Assembly (NCBI GenBank): GCA_965222375.1
Contig: CBDCTZ010000012.1
Span: 576,001 to 640,000, forward strand
From: Polyangiaceae bacterium
Lineage (GTDB): Bacteria; Myxococcota_A; Polyangia; Polyangiales; Polyangiaceae
DNA: 64,000 bases
Direction of reading: 5' to 3'
Position numbers and translations under genes: made by a program. The notes under the pieces are model-generated. The model saw only the letters and a program-made list of their open reading frames with translations. It ran no database searches and was not told the DNA's origin. Positions within the stretch are counted from its first letter, which is position 1. Each line of letters opens with the position of its first letter. Shown one piece after another: positions 37,798-49,035 of the stretch.

Positions 37798-39090
37798 TCA
37801 GTCCTCGCTGTCGTAAGGCACGACTTCGGACTTGATCAGGTCGGGGATCGCACTTCGGACGTCGTCCAGGATCTGTCCCGCAGTGCCGACCACGACCACC
37901 AGCAGGTTGTCGGGGTTGAGGCGTCGAGCAATCGCCGTGTTGGCTTGTTCCAGAGTCACGGCGTCTACGTGCTTGGTGTAGGCGCTGTAGTAGTCCTCGG
38001 GCAGATCGTAGAGAGCTTGATCGAGGCTGAGGCCCACCCGCTTGCTCGCGGTATCCAGCGCGAACGCGTGGCTCCGCACCAAGTAGCGTTTGGCCCAGGC
38101 GAGTTCCTTCTTGGTGATGCCCTTTTCGACGAAGGCCTCGAGCAACTCGATCTCGAGGCGAATGCAGTCGGCGGCATCTGACGCCTTTGGAAACGTCCAC
38201 ATCGACAGCGCACGCCGCTGCCGGTCGATGGGCAAGCTCGAATAGGCGCCATAGGACCAACCGCGTTTTTCGCGAACCTCTTGAGTCAGGCGAGCGGTGA
38301 ACGTGCCCCCGAAAACCGTATTGGCTACGAACAAGGCGGCATGGTCTTCATCTCGGGGCTGGGTGCCGGCGGTTCCAATTAGGATCTGGGTTTGGGAGCG
38401 TTCCGGCTTGTCCACGAAGACCAGCCGGCGCCCGGGCTCAAAGTCCGGGGCAGCTACGTCTACGCTGGGCGCAGGTGTGTCGGGCAGCGCGGTGGCGATC
38501 CGTTCAGCAATGCCGTGGGCGGTGGACTCGTCGACATCCCCAGAAAACGCGAAGAGCACGTTGTCGCGCACCAAACTCTGGGCGTGAAAGCCCCGCACGT
38601 CGTCGACACCGAGGGCGTCGATGCTCTTGGGGCTGCCGACCACGCTCCGACCATAGGCATGGTCCCGATACATGTGGCGCCGAAAACAGGCGCGCGCCAA
38701 AGAGCGATCATGGTCTCGCGCCTCCACGATTTCCGCTTGGGTTTCTCGGGCCAGGCGCGCGTGTTCTTCTTCGGCGAAGCCGGGTTCGGCGACGACATCC
38801 GCGAATAGCCCGACGAACTCGTCCAGGGACCGAGAGATGACAGTGCCATGCACTCCGGAGGTCGTGTGGGAGCAGTCGACGCCGAGATAGGCTCCCAGGC
38901 TGTCGATGCGCGTGTCGAGCTCTTCGGTGGTTCTCCCGCCCCCGGTGCGCCGCATCAGCCGTCCGGTGAAGCGGCTCAGTCCTTCCTTGCCCGCGGGCTC
39001 ACGAGCGGCGCCGGTTCGAAGAGCGAGGGTCATGCTCACCAAGGGCAACGCCGAACTGGACTCGACTAGGACTTTCGAGGGCGCGCTCAT
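37798..39090 (-). CDS. M16B peptidase, non-catalytic subunit
   Basis: M16 fold, no HXXEH, RL..EVREKRGWSYG motif. Confidence 0.88.
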   Translation of the reverse strand: MSAPSKVLVESSSALPLVSMTLALRTGAAREPAGKEGLSRFTGRLMRRTGGGRTTEELDTRIDSLGAYLGVDCSHTTSGVHGTVISRSLDEFVGLFADVVAEPGFAEEEHARLARETQAEIVEARDHDRSLARACFRRHMYRDHAYGRSVVGSPKSIDALGVDDVRGFHAQSLVRDNVLFAFSGDVDESTAHGIAERIATALPDTPAPSVDVAAPDFEPGRRLVFVDKPERSQTQILIGTAGTQPRDEDHAALFVANTVFGGTFTARLTQEVREKRGWSYGAYSSLPIDRQRRALSMWTFPKASDAADCIRLEIELLEAFVEKGITKKELAWAKRYLVRSHAFALDTASKRVGLSLDQALYDLPEDYYSAYTKHVDAVTLEQANTAIARRLNPDNLLVVVVGTAGQILDDVRSAIPDLIKSEVVPYDSED

Positions 39091-40454
39091 TCTGCGGCCT
39101 CTTCATTGGCCGGCGTCGGTCGAACGACCACGATGGTGCGCGCCGATTCCACCAAATAGCGCCTAGCAACTCGCAGCAGGTCGCTCTCGGTGACCCTTCG
39201 GATGGCATCCAGTCGTTCGAAGGCGGCGTTGGGACGGCCAAGCACGACTTCGTAGAAACCCAGGGTCGATGCCTTGCCATCCGCGGTTTCCAATCCCGCC
39301 ACGAGCCCCAACTCCAGGCGGGCCTTGGCTCTCTCGAGCTCCTGCGCGGTCACCGGCTGCTGTCGGGCGGCGCTCAGCAGTCGGTCCAAGGCGTCGAGGA
39401 GCTCCTCGGCACGGCTGCTGCCCCGGGCCGAGGCGTACAGCTCCCAAAGCCCTGGGTCCCTAAATGGGCTGACGAAGGAACGCACCTCGGTGGCGATCTC
39501 CAGCTGTCGAATCAGCTTGGCGTGCGCACGGCTGACCCGACCCCCAAACAGCACCTCGTTCAAAACGCTCAGGGCGGGGTGGTCGAAGTCTCCCAGCGCT
39601 GGGCTCTTGTACCCGATCAGTAGTTTGTCGCTTTGGGTCGGCTGGAAGATTTCACGTCGCCGTTCGTCCACCTGAGGGGGCTCCGGGCGCAGATCTTCGA
39701 TTGGGAGCACGCTCGGTGGGATGCTTCCGTAGGCCGCCTGCACCTTGGACAGCAGCTTCGCTTCGCTGGTACTGCCAACCACGACGACGGTTGCGTTGTT
39801 GGGTGCGTAGTAGGTTCGATAGAAGTCGACGCAGTCCGCAGTGTTGAAAGCCTCGATGTCCTGCATCCAGCCGATGGTCGGGCTATGGTAGGTGTGTGTG
39901 GTGAACGCGCTGGCCCAGAGCAGCTCGCTGGCAGTGCTCTCGACGTCGTCGTCGACGCGATAGCGTCGCTCGTTGGCCACGACGTCCTTCTCACTCGCCA
40001 CCTGGGGGTCGCGAACGATGAGTTTCGTCATGCGCTCGGCCTCCAAGTCAACCACCAAGCCGAGGTGCGAACTGGGAATGGCCACGTGGTAGTGCGTCCA
40101 ATCGAACCAGGTGCCGGCATTGCTTTCTGCGCCGGCTTCTTCCAAGCGACGGTCGAACTCCCCCGCGCCCAGGTTCTCGGTTTCCTTGAACATCAGGTGT
40201 TCGAACAAATGCGCCAGCCCCGTCTTGCTTCGGATTTCGTGACGGGATCCAACGCGATACCAAGTGTGGTACGCGACGACCGGCGCGCTGTCGTCCTTGA
40301 CGAAGAGCAGCTCGAGCCCGTTTCCGAAGCGAAATCGCTCACCGATCAGCTCTGGGCCAAATGGAAAGCTCTCGACGTGCTCGATTCTGCCGTGGGCGGG
40401 CGCGGATTCGTTGAGGTGCGCGAGTCGCTTGGCGCGGGCGGGCGATTTCTTCAT
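39087..40454 (-). CDS. M16B zinc peptidase, catalytic subunit
   Basis: GLAHLFEHLMF (HXXEH), YAPNNA. Confidence 0.92.
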   Translation of the reverse strand: MKKSPARAKRLAHLNESAPAHGRIEHVESFPFGPELIGERFRFGNGLELLFVKDDSAPVVAYHTWYRVGSRHEIRSKTGLAHLFEHLMFKETENLGAGEFDRRLEEAGAESNAGTWFDWTHYHVAIPSSHLGLVVDLEAERMTKLIVRDPQVASEKDVVANERRYRVDDDVESTASELLWASAFTTHTYHSPTIGWMQDIEAFNTADCVDFYRTYYAPNNATVVVVGSTSEAKLLSKVQAAYGSIPPSVLPIEDLRPEPPQVDERRREIFQPTQSDKLLIGYKSPALGDFDHPALSVLNEVLFGGRVSRAHAKLIRQLEIATEVRSFVSPFRDPGLWELYASARGSSRAEELLDALDRLLSAARQQPVTAQELERAKARLELGLVAGLETADGKASTLGFYEVVLGRPNAAFERLDAIRRVTESDLLRVARRYLVESARTIVVVRPTPANEEAAE

Positions 40455-40457
40455 CGA

Positions 40458-42260
<1,803 letters not shown>

Positions 42261-42357
42261 GCCAATTGGGGGCGAGAGGGCCGCCGTGTTTAGCGCGTAG
42301 AGCTACGCTCGACCAGACGCCAGTGAATCCCGAGCAGCCAAAGCCGTGGTTTCGAGA

Positions 42358-42558
42358 CTACTTTTTGCTCGACTTGGCCGGCGAAGCATCCAAGGACATC
42401 TGGCCGGGAAGCGCGTGCTCATAGCGCTTCAGCACCAGGTCGATGCCCTCCCGAATGTAGACTGCTACGGGCACTTTCGTCCGCTTGTGCAAAAGGTGCA
42501 GCCGCTCGTTCTGCTCCGGCGTGATGTAGACCGTTGTGGATATTTTTTTACGGCTCAT
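42358..42558 (-). CDS. Ribbon-helix-helix DNA-binding protein
   Basis: 66 aa MSRKKISTTVYITPEQNERL...PVAVYIREGIDLVL. Confidence 0.82.
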   Translation of the reverse strand: MSRKKISTTVYITPEQNERLHLLHKRTKVPVAVYIREGIDLVLKRYEHALPGQMSLDASPAKSSKK

Positions 42559-42603
42559 TTTCGGGGTCGCGGCTCGGGGGGCGTGGCCTGACTGCCAGCC
42601 GTT

Positions 42604-42632
42604 ACAATAGATTCCACTACGTATGGTGTCAA
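42604..42632 (-). promoter_or_regulatory. Sigma70-type promoter for the RHH gene
   Basis: Minus strand TTGACA (42632-42627), 17 nt spacer, TATTGT (42609-42604), in a locally AT-rich stretch. Confidence 0.65.
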
Positions 42633-42939
42633 TCAAGGCGCGCGGCCAGGCTAAAGTAGAATCTCCTTTATTAATAGACACTTACGGCGCTGGCTCGACT
42701 TCGGTCGAGGACCCTCCAGGAGTGTCCTCGCCCAGGCTTTGACTCATCGAGCGCGCCGGAGTGTCCTGTTGACCGTGCGGATGATATGGCAACTTTCAGA
42801 GCTATCCCTGAGCTTCATTCCTCAAGCGTCGCCCACCGGAGCAACCATGGCACCCCGCTTGTCACAGCTACCTACACCCGCCTACGATGGGCTCCGCTCG
42901 CGCCCTGAAGCGCGGGTCTGCTTGTCGTTGGGGAATGTC

Positions 42940-43701
42940 ATGACGCAATTCTCTCGCGCTCTCCGATTCGGGGGTGCGGCACTCACATCACTGGTAACGC
43001 TTTCACTTCTCGGTTGTGCGGGCTCCGCCACCGTGGGGCCGTCTACAGCCGAAGATGGCGTGACGCGACGCGACACTCGCATCGTACACGAGGATTGCGA
43101 CATAAAGTCGAGCGGCGCCGAGAAGCTTGACGCCAACGGCGACAAGAAACCCGATGTCATCCTGGTCAAGTCCGGCAATCGCGAGGTGTGTCGTGCCGTA
43201 GACCTTAATTTCGACGGGCACTGGGACTCTTGGAGTTACTTTGACGGTGGCGGCAAGCTGCGGCGCCGGGAGCGCGACTATGATCGCGACGGCCGTGTGG
43301 AAGAAATCAACCTCTACAAGGCCGGCACCCTTGCTGAGCAGCACCGCGCGACCAACTTGGCTGACAAGCTGGACACCTGGCACTTCTACACCGCCGGCAA
43401 GTTGGCGCGGACCGAACGCGACTCGGACGGCGATGGAGTCGTGGATCAGTGGTGGGAGTACAAGGCGGAGAAGTGCCCGCTGATTCACTCGGACATTGAC
43501 GGGGATGGCCGCCCGGACCCCGGGGCTACAGTGGACTACTGCAAGGCCACGGGATACGTGCCGCCGGATCGTTACGGACCCAAGAAGCCCCGGCATTCGT
43601 TCGAAGGCCCTGGCGCCGCGCCGGTGGAGCTGGAAAACAAGGAGGGCGGCGGAGGGAACACACCTCCCCCGGAAGCGCCGCCCCCGGAGGAAAAGAAGTG
43701 A
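42940..43701 (+). CDS. Lipoprotein with DxDxDG repeats
   Basis: Lipobox LLGC; repeats DANGDKKPD, DLNFDGHWD, DYDRDGRVE, DSDGDGVVD, DIDGDGRPD. Confidence 0.75.
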   Translation: MTQFSRALRFGGAALTSLVTLSLLGCAGSATVGPSTAEDGVTRRDTRIVHEDCDIKSSGAEKLDANGDKKPDVILVKSGNREVCRAVDLNFDGHWDSWSYFDGGGKLRRRERDYDRDGRVEEINLYKAGTLAEQHRATNLADKLDTWHFYTAGKLARTERDSDGDGVVDQWWEYKAEKCPLIHSDIDGDGRPDPGATVDYCKATGYVPPDRYGPKKPRHSFEGPGAAPVELENKEGGGGNTPPPEAPPPEEKK

Positions 43702-44441
43702 TGCGTGCCCGATCATTCTTTCTGGGCTTGATCCCCTTGCTCTCAGTCGGCCTGGTGTTTTCCTGTGGCGGAAGCGAGAAGAAGACGGCCAAGGCGCCCA
43801 AGGGTCAGGAGCGGGCTGTCGACGAGCACGGCGAAGACGACCGCTCACGCTGTGACTACAAGGGGCGAAAAGACCGCGAAGTTTTCGAGACCACGGGCCC
43901 CAACGCGATTCAGCCCAACATTCGTCGCGTCTTCGCCATTGTCGGCGAAGGAGAGGACGCGCGCCGAGCTCTGCTGTGCCGCGAGGTGGATACGAACTTG
44001 GACGGATCCAAGGACGTGGTGCGCACCTACAACGACAAGGGGGATGCCCTCTTCGAGCAGGCCGATGCCGACTATGACGGGCGGATTGACACCTGGATAT
44101 CCTTCGCTCGTGGTCGCATTTCCAAGGTGCAGGTGGATGTCAATGGCGACGGCAAGCCGGATCAGGTTCGCTTTTACGTGGACGGAAAGCTGAGTCGGAT
44201 GCAGCGCGACACGAACTTCAATGGAAAACCCGACGTCTGGGAAATCTATGAAGGTGGACGCCTGAGTCGTATGGGGGTCGACCTGGACCACGATGGTCGG
44301 GTCGATCGCTGGGATCGAGACGAAGAAGTCATGCGCCTCGAGGCGCTCAAAGAGCGCGAGGAGGAAGAGAAAGAAGCGGCCAAGGACGCGGGCGCTTCTG
44401 ATGCCCCAACGGACGCTTACGTCAGCGCGCGCAATCGCTGA
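43698..44441 (+). CDS. Second lipoprotein with DxDxDG repeats
   Basis: Lipobox VFSC; repeats DTNLDGSKD, DADYDGRID, DVNGDGKPD, DTNFNGKPD, DLDHDGRVD. Confidence 0.78.
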   Translation: MMRARSFFLGLIPLLSVGLVFSCGGSEKKTAKAPKGQERAVDEHGEDDRSRCDYKGRKDREVFETTGPNAIQPNIRRVFAIVGEGEDARRALLCREVDTNLDGSKDVVRTYNDKGDALFEQADADYDGRIDTWISFARGRISKVQVDVNGDGKPDQVRFYVDGKLSRMQRDTNFNGKPDVWEIYEGGRLSRMGVDLDHDGRVDRWDRDEEVMRLEALKEREEEEKEAAKDAGASDAPTDAYVSARNR

Positions 44442-44489
44442 CGGTCCGGGGGTGGGGCGTTTCGCTGACCCACCCGAGATCCGAACCCC

Positions 44490-45584
44490 ATGAGCCGAGG
44501 CGAGCGCCTACAGAAAGTGCTGGCGAGCTGCGGAGTTGCGTCGCGGCGCCGCTCGGAAGAGCTCATCACCGAGGGGCGGGTTCGGGTGGATGGTCGGATC
44601 GTTACTGAACTCGGGACACGCGTGGATCCTCGCCGGCAGCGCGTGGAAGTCGACGGCCGACGTGTGGTGCACGATGTGCTCGTGTACATCGTGTTGCACA
44701 AGCCCAGGGGGATCATGAGCACGCTGCGGGACCCGGAGGGCCGCCCTACAGTTGCCCACCAAGTACGGGATCTGGGGATTCGGGTGGCGCCGGTTGGGCG
44801 TCTAGACTTCAACACCAGTGGCGTCTTGCTGCTGACCAACGATGGCGACTTCGCGAGCGGCCTATCCCATCCGCGGGCAGGCGTTCCCAAAGACTATCTA
44901 GTGAAGGTGCGCGGTCGCGTTGACGATGCGGTGCGCGAACGTCTCGCCAGCAGCATCGAAATCGAAACCAAGAAGACTGTCCCAGCGGCGGTGGCGATCG
45001 TGCGTAGGGAAGGCGACAAGACGTGGCTTCGCTTCACGCTGAAGGAGGGAAAAAACCGTCAGGTTCGCCGCTTGGTCGAGCATGCCGGGCTCTCTCTGAT
45101 GCGGCTGTCCCGGGTGGCCTACGCGGGCATCGGGGTGCAGGATCTTTCGCCTGGCTGTTGGCGCGTGCTGACTCAAGATGAGCTAAAGCAGCTCAAGCGC
45201 GCGTTTGGCGTACCGAAGCGAGTGAAGGCGACGGATCGAGCGTTTTTTGCTGGTGTGCCGACTAGCGGTGGGGAGGCTCTGCGTCGTCCAGGTGCAGGCG
45301 GCGCGGGGCGAGGGGGCCGAAACGCCCGGCGAGGCGATGCTTCCGAGGCAACGAGGCGGGCGCCGAGCAAGGCCCGAGGAGTGAAGAAGAGACCAACGCC
45401 CGCGCGGGCGCAGTCCAAGGCAAAGAGTTCCACCAAGGGGGCTGCGGGGCCACGCCGCCCAACCCAGGCAGCCTCTCGGACGAAAGCTCCCAAGAAGGCC
45501 AGCACTGGTTCGCTTCCGGCCCGATCCCGGGGCAAGGCTTCGACGCGCCGGCCCGCGAAAAAGCCGACGCGGCGACGCGACTAG
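44490..45584 (+). CDS. RsuA/RluB-family pseudouridine synthase with long basic tail
   Basis: ERLQKVLA..GVASRR, VGRLDFNTSGVLLLTNDG, EGKNRQVRR. Confidence 0.9.
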   Translation: MSRGERLQKVLASCGVASRRRSEELITEGRVRVDGRIVTELGTRVDPRRQRVEVDGRRVVHDVLVYIVLHKPRGIMSTLRDPEGRPTVAHQVRDLGIRVAPVGRLDFNTSGVLLLTNDGDFASGLSHPRAGVPKDYLVKVRGRVDDAVRERLASSIEIETKKTVPAAVAIVRREGDKTWLRFTLKEGKNRQVRRLVEHAGLSLMRLSRVAYAGIGVQDLSPGCWRVLTQDELKQLKRAFGVPKRVKATDRAFFAGVPTSGGEALRRPGAGGAGRGGRNARRGDASEATRRAPSKARGVKKRPTPARAQSKAKSSTKGAAGPRRPTQAASRTKAPKKASTGSLPARSRGKASTRRPAKKPTRRRD

Positions 45585-45765
45585 GCTTCGGCCAAGTTGG
45601 ACGCGCGGAACCTTCCGCCCACAAAAGCCAAAACGGCTATGTCCACCAAGCTCGGATCGACCTCCAGCGCCCAATTCAGGCGCCCCACCGGTGGGACGTA
45701 GGCCATTGCGAGGCAGAGCAAGAGCAACGCGGCGAGCAGCGCGGTCGTCGAGCGCTAAGTGTCAT
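45581..45765 (-). pseudogene. Frameshifted, truncated remnant resembling the N-terminus of a DUF2238 (YjdF-like) membrane protein
   Basis: ATG 45765 overlaps the upstream stop but is out of frame with ALLAALLLLCLAMAYVPPVGRLNWALEVDPSLVDIAVLAFVGGRFRASNLAEA*. Confidence 0.45.
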
Positions 45766-46712
45766 GGTGTCGGCGCCACGACCACGAGATCATCCTGTTC
45801 GGCCGTGGGTGCGGCGCGGACCTCGATTCGAAGCCCGCGACACTGTCGAGCTAGCACCACCGGCGCCACGGTCTCGGCGGCGCAGTCGGTCTGTGGATGG
45901 GTGGCCTCCAGGGCTCCTGCGACGAGAGTGGTCACGGTAGCGATGGCTTCTGCGCGGGCGAGACTGTCCGTCGGGCGGATTGGGCGCACGGATTCTGCTT
46001 CGGCTATTCGGCTGAAAAGCTCAGGACCCCGAATGGTGGCAGCGGCGACGCCGCCCTCCTCGAGTCGAAGCTCCACGTCGAGCAGCGCCCGACGCGCCCT
46101 CAATCGGCCACCGTCCGGGATGGCGTAAGGAAAGCTCAGCTGCTTGACGCAGTGCCCAGTTTTGCAGCGCGCGGCCGGCTCATCGAGCCGATAGTGGTAA
46201 ATGAACTCGTGCGGGAGTTCGTGGGTGCGCACGTGCCACTTGGGCAGCGTGGCCAAGCGTCTAATCCAACCCAGAAACTCCGACACGACTCGCCCTCGCA
46301 TGCGATCAGCGTCCGAGAGCTTTTCTTCTAGCGCGCGCCCCTCTTCGGTGAGTTCGGCGGCTCGTCGTCGTTCGTAGGCGCGTGCTAGCTCGAGTTCGGC
46401 CAGGCGCTCCGTGGCATCCTCGGCGTGGGGCCCCCGGGGCAGGTGATCGAGGTAGCGGACCAACCCGGCCTCGCTGGTCTTGGCTTCCGCGAAGTACTTG
46501 GGTTCGACCCGATTGAACCACGCACGGACCTCACGTTGATTCGGTCCCCTGGGGTAGGTGCGCAGATAGGCCTGGCTCTCCACCAATCGCGTCTCCACAG
46601 TCTCCGCGACGCGCACCCGGCGGTAGGCTTCGTATTCGGACCTGGACCCGGTCAGGCTCGCGCAGGCCAGACAGCCACTCAAGGCCACTCCGATGGTGGT
46701 CCCGCGGTTCAT
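45762..46712 (-). CDS. Hypothetical lipoprotein
   Basis: Lipobox-like CLAC; two YL..(Y/L)PRGP helical repeats. Confidence 0.7.
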   Translation of the reverse strand: MNRGTTIGVALSGCLACASLTGSRSEYEAYRRVRVAETVETRLVESQAYLRTYPRGPNQREVRAWFNRVEPKYFAEAKTSEAGLVRYLDHLPRGPHAEDATERLAELELARAYERRRAAELTEEGRALEEKLSDADRMRGRVVSEFLGWIRRLATLPKWHVRTHELPHEFIYHYRLDEPAARCKTGHCVKQLSFPYAIPDGGRLRARRALLDVELRLEEGGVAAATIRGPELFSRIAEAESVRPIRPTDSLARAEAIATVTTLVAGALEATHPQTDCAAETVAPVVLARQCRGLRIEVRAAPTAEQDDLVVVAPTP

Positions 46713-47101
46713 GGTTTGCTCCGTGGTGGGCAGAAGTTGCATTCCGAGGGCGCACTAGGGGTGATGTCGGACATGAACCCTCGGTAGTCGTCGCAGCTAG
46801 CATGGCGCAGTGCGCGCAAACACGCTTCGCCATCATGAACCAACGGCAGACAGCCTCGGGGGAACTCCGTCTCAAAAGGTACGCTGGGGTTGCAGGCGTC
46901 AGCGCAGGCGTTCGAGCCCAGGCCGCAGTCGTCACAACGCTCGCAATCCGTCGCCTTCTTGTTGCTGAAGAACGTGGGAGCGTCCATCAGGGTGGCTTCT
47001 TGCCCGCAGCCACCGATATCTCCAGGCGTTGGCGCCATCGAAAGTATGGCCAGAATGCTGACTGCGAGAAGTGCAAGGGGTTTGGGCGGCAAGGCTTTCA
47101 C
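46709..47101 (-). CDS. Small Cys-rich secreted protein
   Basis: Hydrophobic N-terminus, MAPTPGDIGGCG, about 11 Cys; overlaps both neighbours by 4 nt. Confidence 0.7.
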   Translation of the reverse strand: MKALPPKPLALLAVSILAILSMAPTPGDIGGCGQEATLMDAPTFFSNKKATDCERCDDCGLGSNACADACNPSVPFETEFPRGCLPLVHDGEACLRALRHASCDDYRGFMSDITPSAPSECNFCPPRSKP

Positions 47102-47730
47102 GGCAACACCTCGTAGGATAGCGTCAGCCCCAGCTGCCCGGATAGAATCGGGATGGCCGTCGCGGCCGTGTCTTGGGTTGCTGCGCCGTAGAAGAGGCTT
47201 CCGATCAACTCGAAGCTGGCTCCGATCCCTGCGGACAGCCAGTACACCCCCCCAAGGCCGAGCTCGTAGCCGATGTTTGGATCGGGTCGAAGGACCAGAG
47301 GCAGTCCGGCGCGGGCGTAGGTCAGAAAATGCGGCGGTAGCCGCAGGCTCAGCTGATAGGCGGGCGTGAGGACTTCTTGGGGAATGCCGTCCGTGGCAAC
47401 CGAGAGCGCTAGCGAACCACCGTGCAGAAGTCCACTCGGGTTGCCGCTGGAAACGCTCCCGGCCAGATTCAAATAGCCAGCGGTGGCCGACACGCTCTCC
47501 TCCGTATCACCCAACGGAGTTGCCAGGCGGAATGGGTTGTTGAAGCGCAGGCCCTTTCCCCAGCTCGCCCCACCCATTAGGTGCAAGTAGATCCCCCGCG
47601 GCGGAAGCAAGCTCTCATCGGCGGGCTCCGCCGCGTCCTGCGCTCGCGCCTCATGCGTGCCGCAGACAATGGCGATGCACGCAGCAATCCACAGGTCACG
47701 CAAGGCACGCACGTTGGATGTCGTCGACAC
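47098..47730 (-). CDS. Hypothetical secreted/outer-membrane beta-strand protein
   Basis: Signal peptide ending ARA/Q; amphipathic beta-strands to ...SYEVLP. Confidence 0.65.
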   Translation of the reverse strand: MSTTSNVRALRDLWIAACIAIVCGTHEARAQDAAEPADESLLPPRGIYLHLMGGASWGKGLRFNNPFRLATPLGDTEESVSATAGYLNLAGSVSSGNPSGLLHGGSLALSVATDGIPQEVLTPAYQLSLRLPPHFLTYARAGLPLVLRPDPNIGYELGLGGVYWLSAGIGASFELIGSLFYGAATQDTAATAIPILSGQLGLTLSYEVLP

Positions 47731-48991
47731 GCTTTGGTGCAGCGGCGCTCAGTACTTCTGGGGCGCCGTCCGTAATGACCACGTCATCTTCGATCCGGAT
47801 GCCGATCCCCCGATAACGCTCCGGGGCGGAACTGTCGTCCGGAGCAACGTAGAGCCCAGGTTCCACCGTGATCACTTGGCGCTCTCCTAGAAGGCGGGGC
47901 TTGCCCAGATCGTAGTAGTTGCCGACATCGTGTACGTCCATCCCCAGCCAATGGTTGGTGCGATGCATGTAGTACTTCTTGTAGTGCCCCTCCTCGATTG
48001 CGTCAGCCACCGAGCCCTCGACCAGTCCCAAGTCGATGAGGCCCTGGGTCAATACCTGCACTGAAGCCTCATGCACGGCGTCCAGGCTGTTCCCCGGTCG
48101 GGATGCCTCGATGCTCGCCTCTTGGGCCGCAAGAACGACTTCGTATAGCTCTTGCTGCGCTTTTTTGAACTTGCCGTTGATTGGGAAGGTGCGAGTGATG
48201 TCCGACGCGTAGTAGCCGAATTCGCAGCCCGCATCGATGAGGAGAAGCTCGCCATCGCCCATCTTGCGGTCGTTCTTGCGGTAGTGGAGCACCGTAGCGT
48301 TGGGGCCAGAGCCGACGATGCATTCGTAAGCCAATCGTTCAGCGCCAGCCTTGCGGAAGATCGAGCGCAATAGCGCCTCTACCTCGTATTCGTAAGCGCC
48401 GGGTCTGCAGAACTTCATCGCTGCGACATGGGCTTCAGCGCTGATCTGCGCTGCGCGCCGCATCAACTCGAGTTCGGCATCAGACTTGATCGAGCGCATC
48501 TCGTGCAGGAGCGTGGCTGGGTCGAACAGCTCCGTTGGCCACCACTTGCGTTGCTTGACTCGCTTGCGCAGCACTGCCAGCGCCGCATGGACGTTCTTGT
48601 CCATGGCGGGGTCACGCCCCAGGCGCGTGTACAGGCGCGTGTGGTTCTCGAGGAGATCGGGTAGTCGCTCGTCTAGCTCCGCAATGGGGAACGCCGCGTC
48701 TGCGCCGTAATCATTCTTGGCGCCCTCCACGCCGGCGCGGTACCCGTCCCATACCTCGCGCTCTGGGTCTCGCGGGCGTACGAACAGCACGAAGCGGGGC
48801 TCGGTTTGCCGCAACAGCAGGATCGAGGCGGGCTCATCGAAGCCCGATAGGTAGAAGAAGTCCGAGTCTTGACGGTACTCGTGCTCGATGTCGTTGTTGC
48901 GAATCGCCACCGGCGCTGCAGCGAGCAACAAGCCGGCCCCCTCCAGATGGTGCAGGACCCGGTCTCGTCGCTCCTTGTATTCGGCCAGCAT
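47696..48991 (-). CDS. pepP: Xaa-Pro aminopeptidase
   Basis: YRQDSDFFYLSG, LIDAG..YASDITRT, HWLGMDVHD, TVEPGLY, GIRIEDD. Confidence 0.93.
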   Translation of the reverse strand: MLAEYKERRDRVLHHLEGAGLLLAAAPVAIRNNDIEHEYRQDSDFFYLSGFDEPASILLLRQTEPRFVLFVRPRDPEREVWDGYRAGVEGAKNDYGADAAFPIAELDERLPDLLENHTRLYTRLGRDPAMDKNVHAALAVLRKRVKQRKWWPTELFDPATLLHEMRSIKSDAELELMRRAAQISAEAHVAAMKFCRPGAYEYEVEALLRSIFRKAGAERLAYECIVGSGPNATVLHYRKNDRKMGDGELLLIDAGCEFGYYASDITRTFPINGKFKKAQQELYEVVLAAQEASIEASRPGNSLDAVHEASVQVLTQGLIDLGLVEGSVADAIEEGHYKKYYMHRTNHWLGMDVHDVGNYYDLGKPRLLGERQVITVEPGLYVAPDDSSAPERYRGIGIRIEDDVVITDGAPEVLSAAAPKRVDDIQRACLA

Positions 48992-49035
48992 GAACGTACC
49001 TATAGCGCGACCCGCGGCTGGGCGGCGGTGCGGAT

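Noticed and set aside
27022..40454. PqqC-like enzyme plus M16B pair as a PQQ/RiPP pathway
   Set aside because: They are 10 kb apart, with no pqqA/B/D/E or precursor peptide; the only radical SAM gene is RlmN.
42358..42558. RHH gene as the antitoxin of a toxin-antitoxin pair
   Set aside because: No adjacent toxin-like ORF; the downstream gene is lepA.
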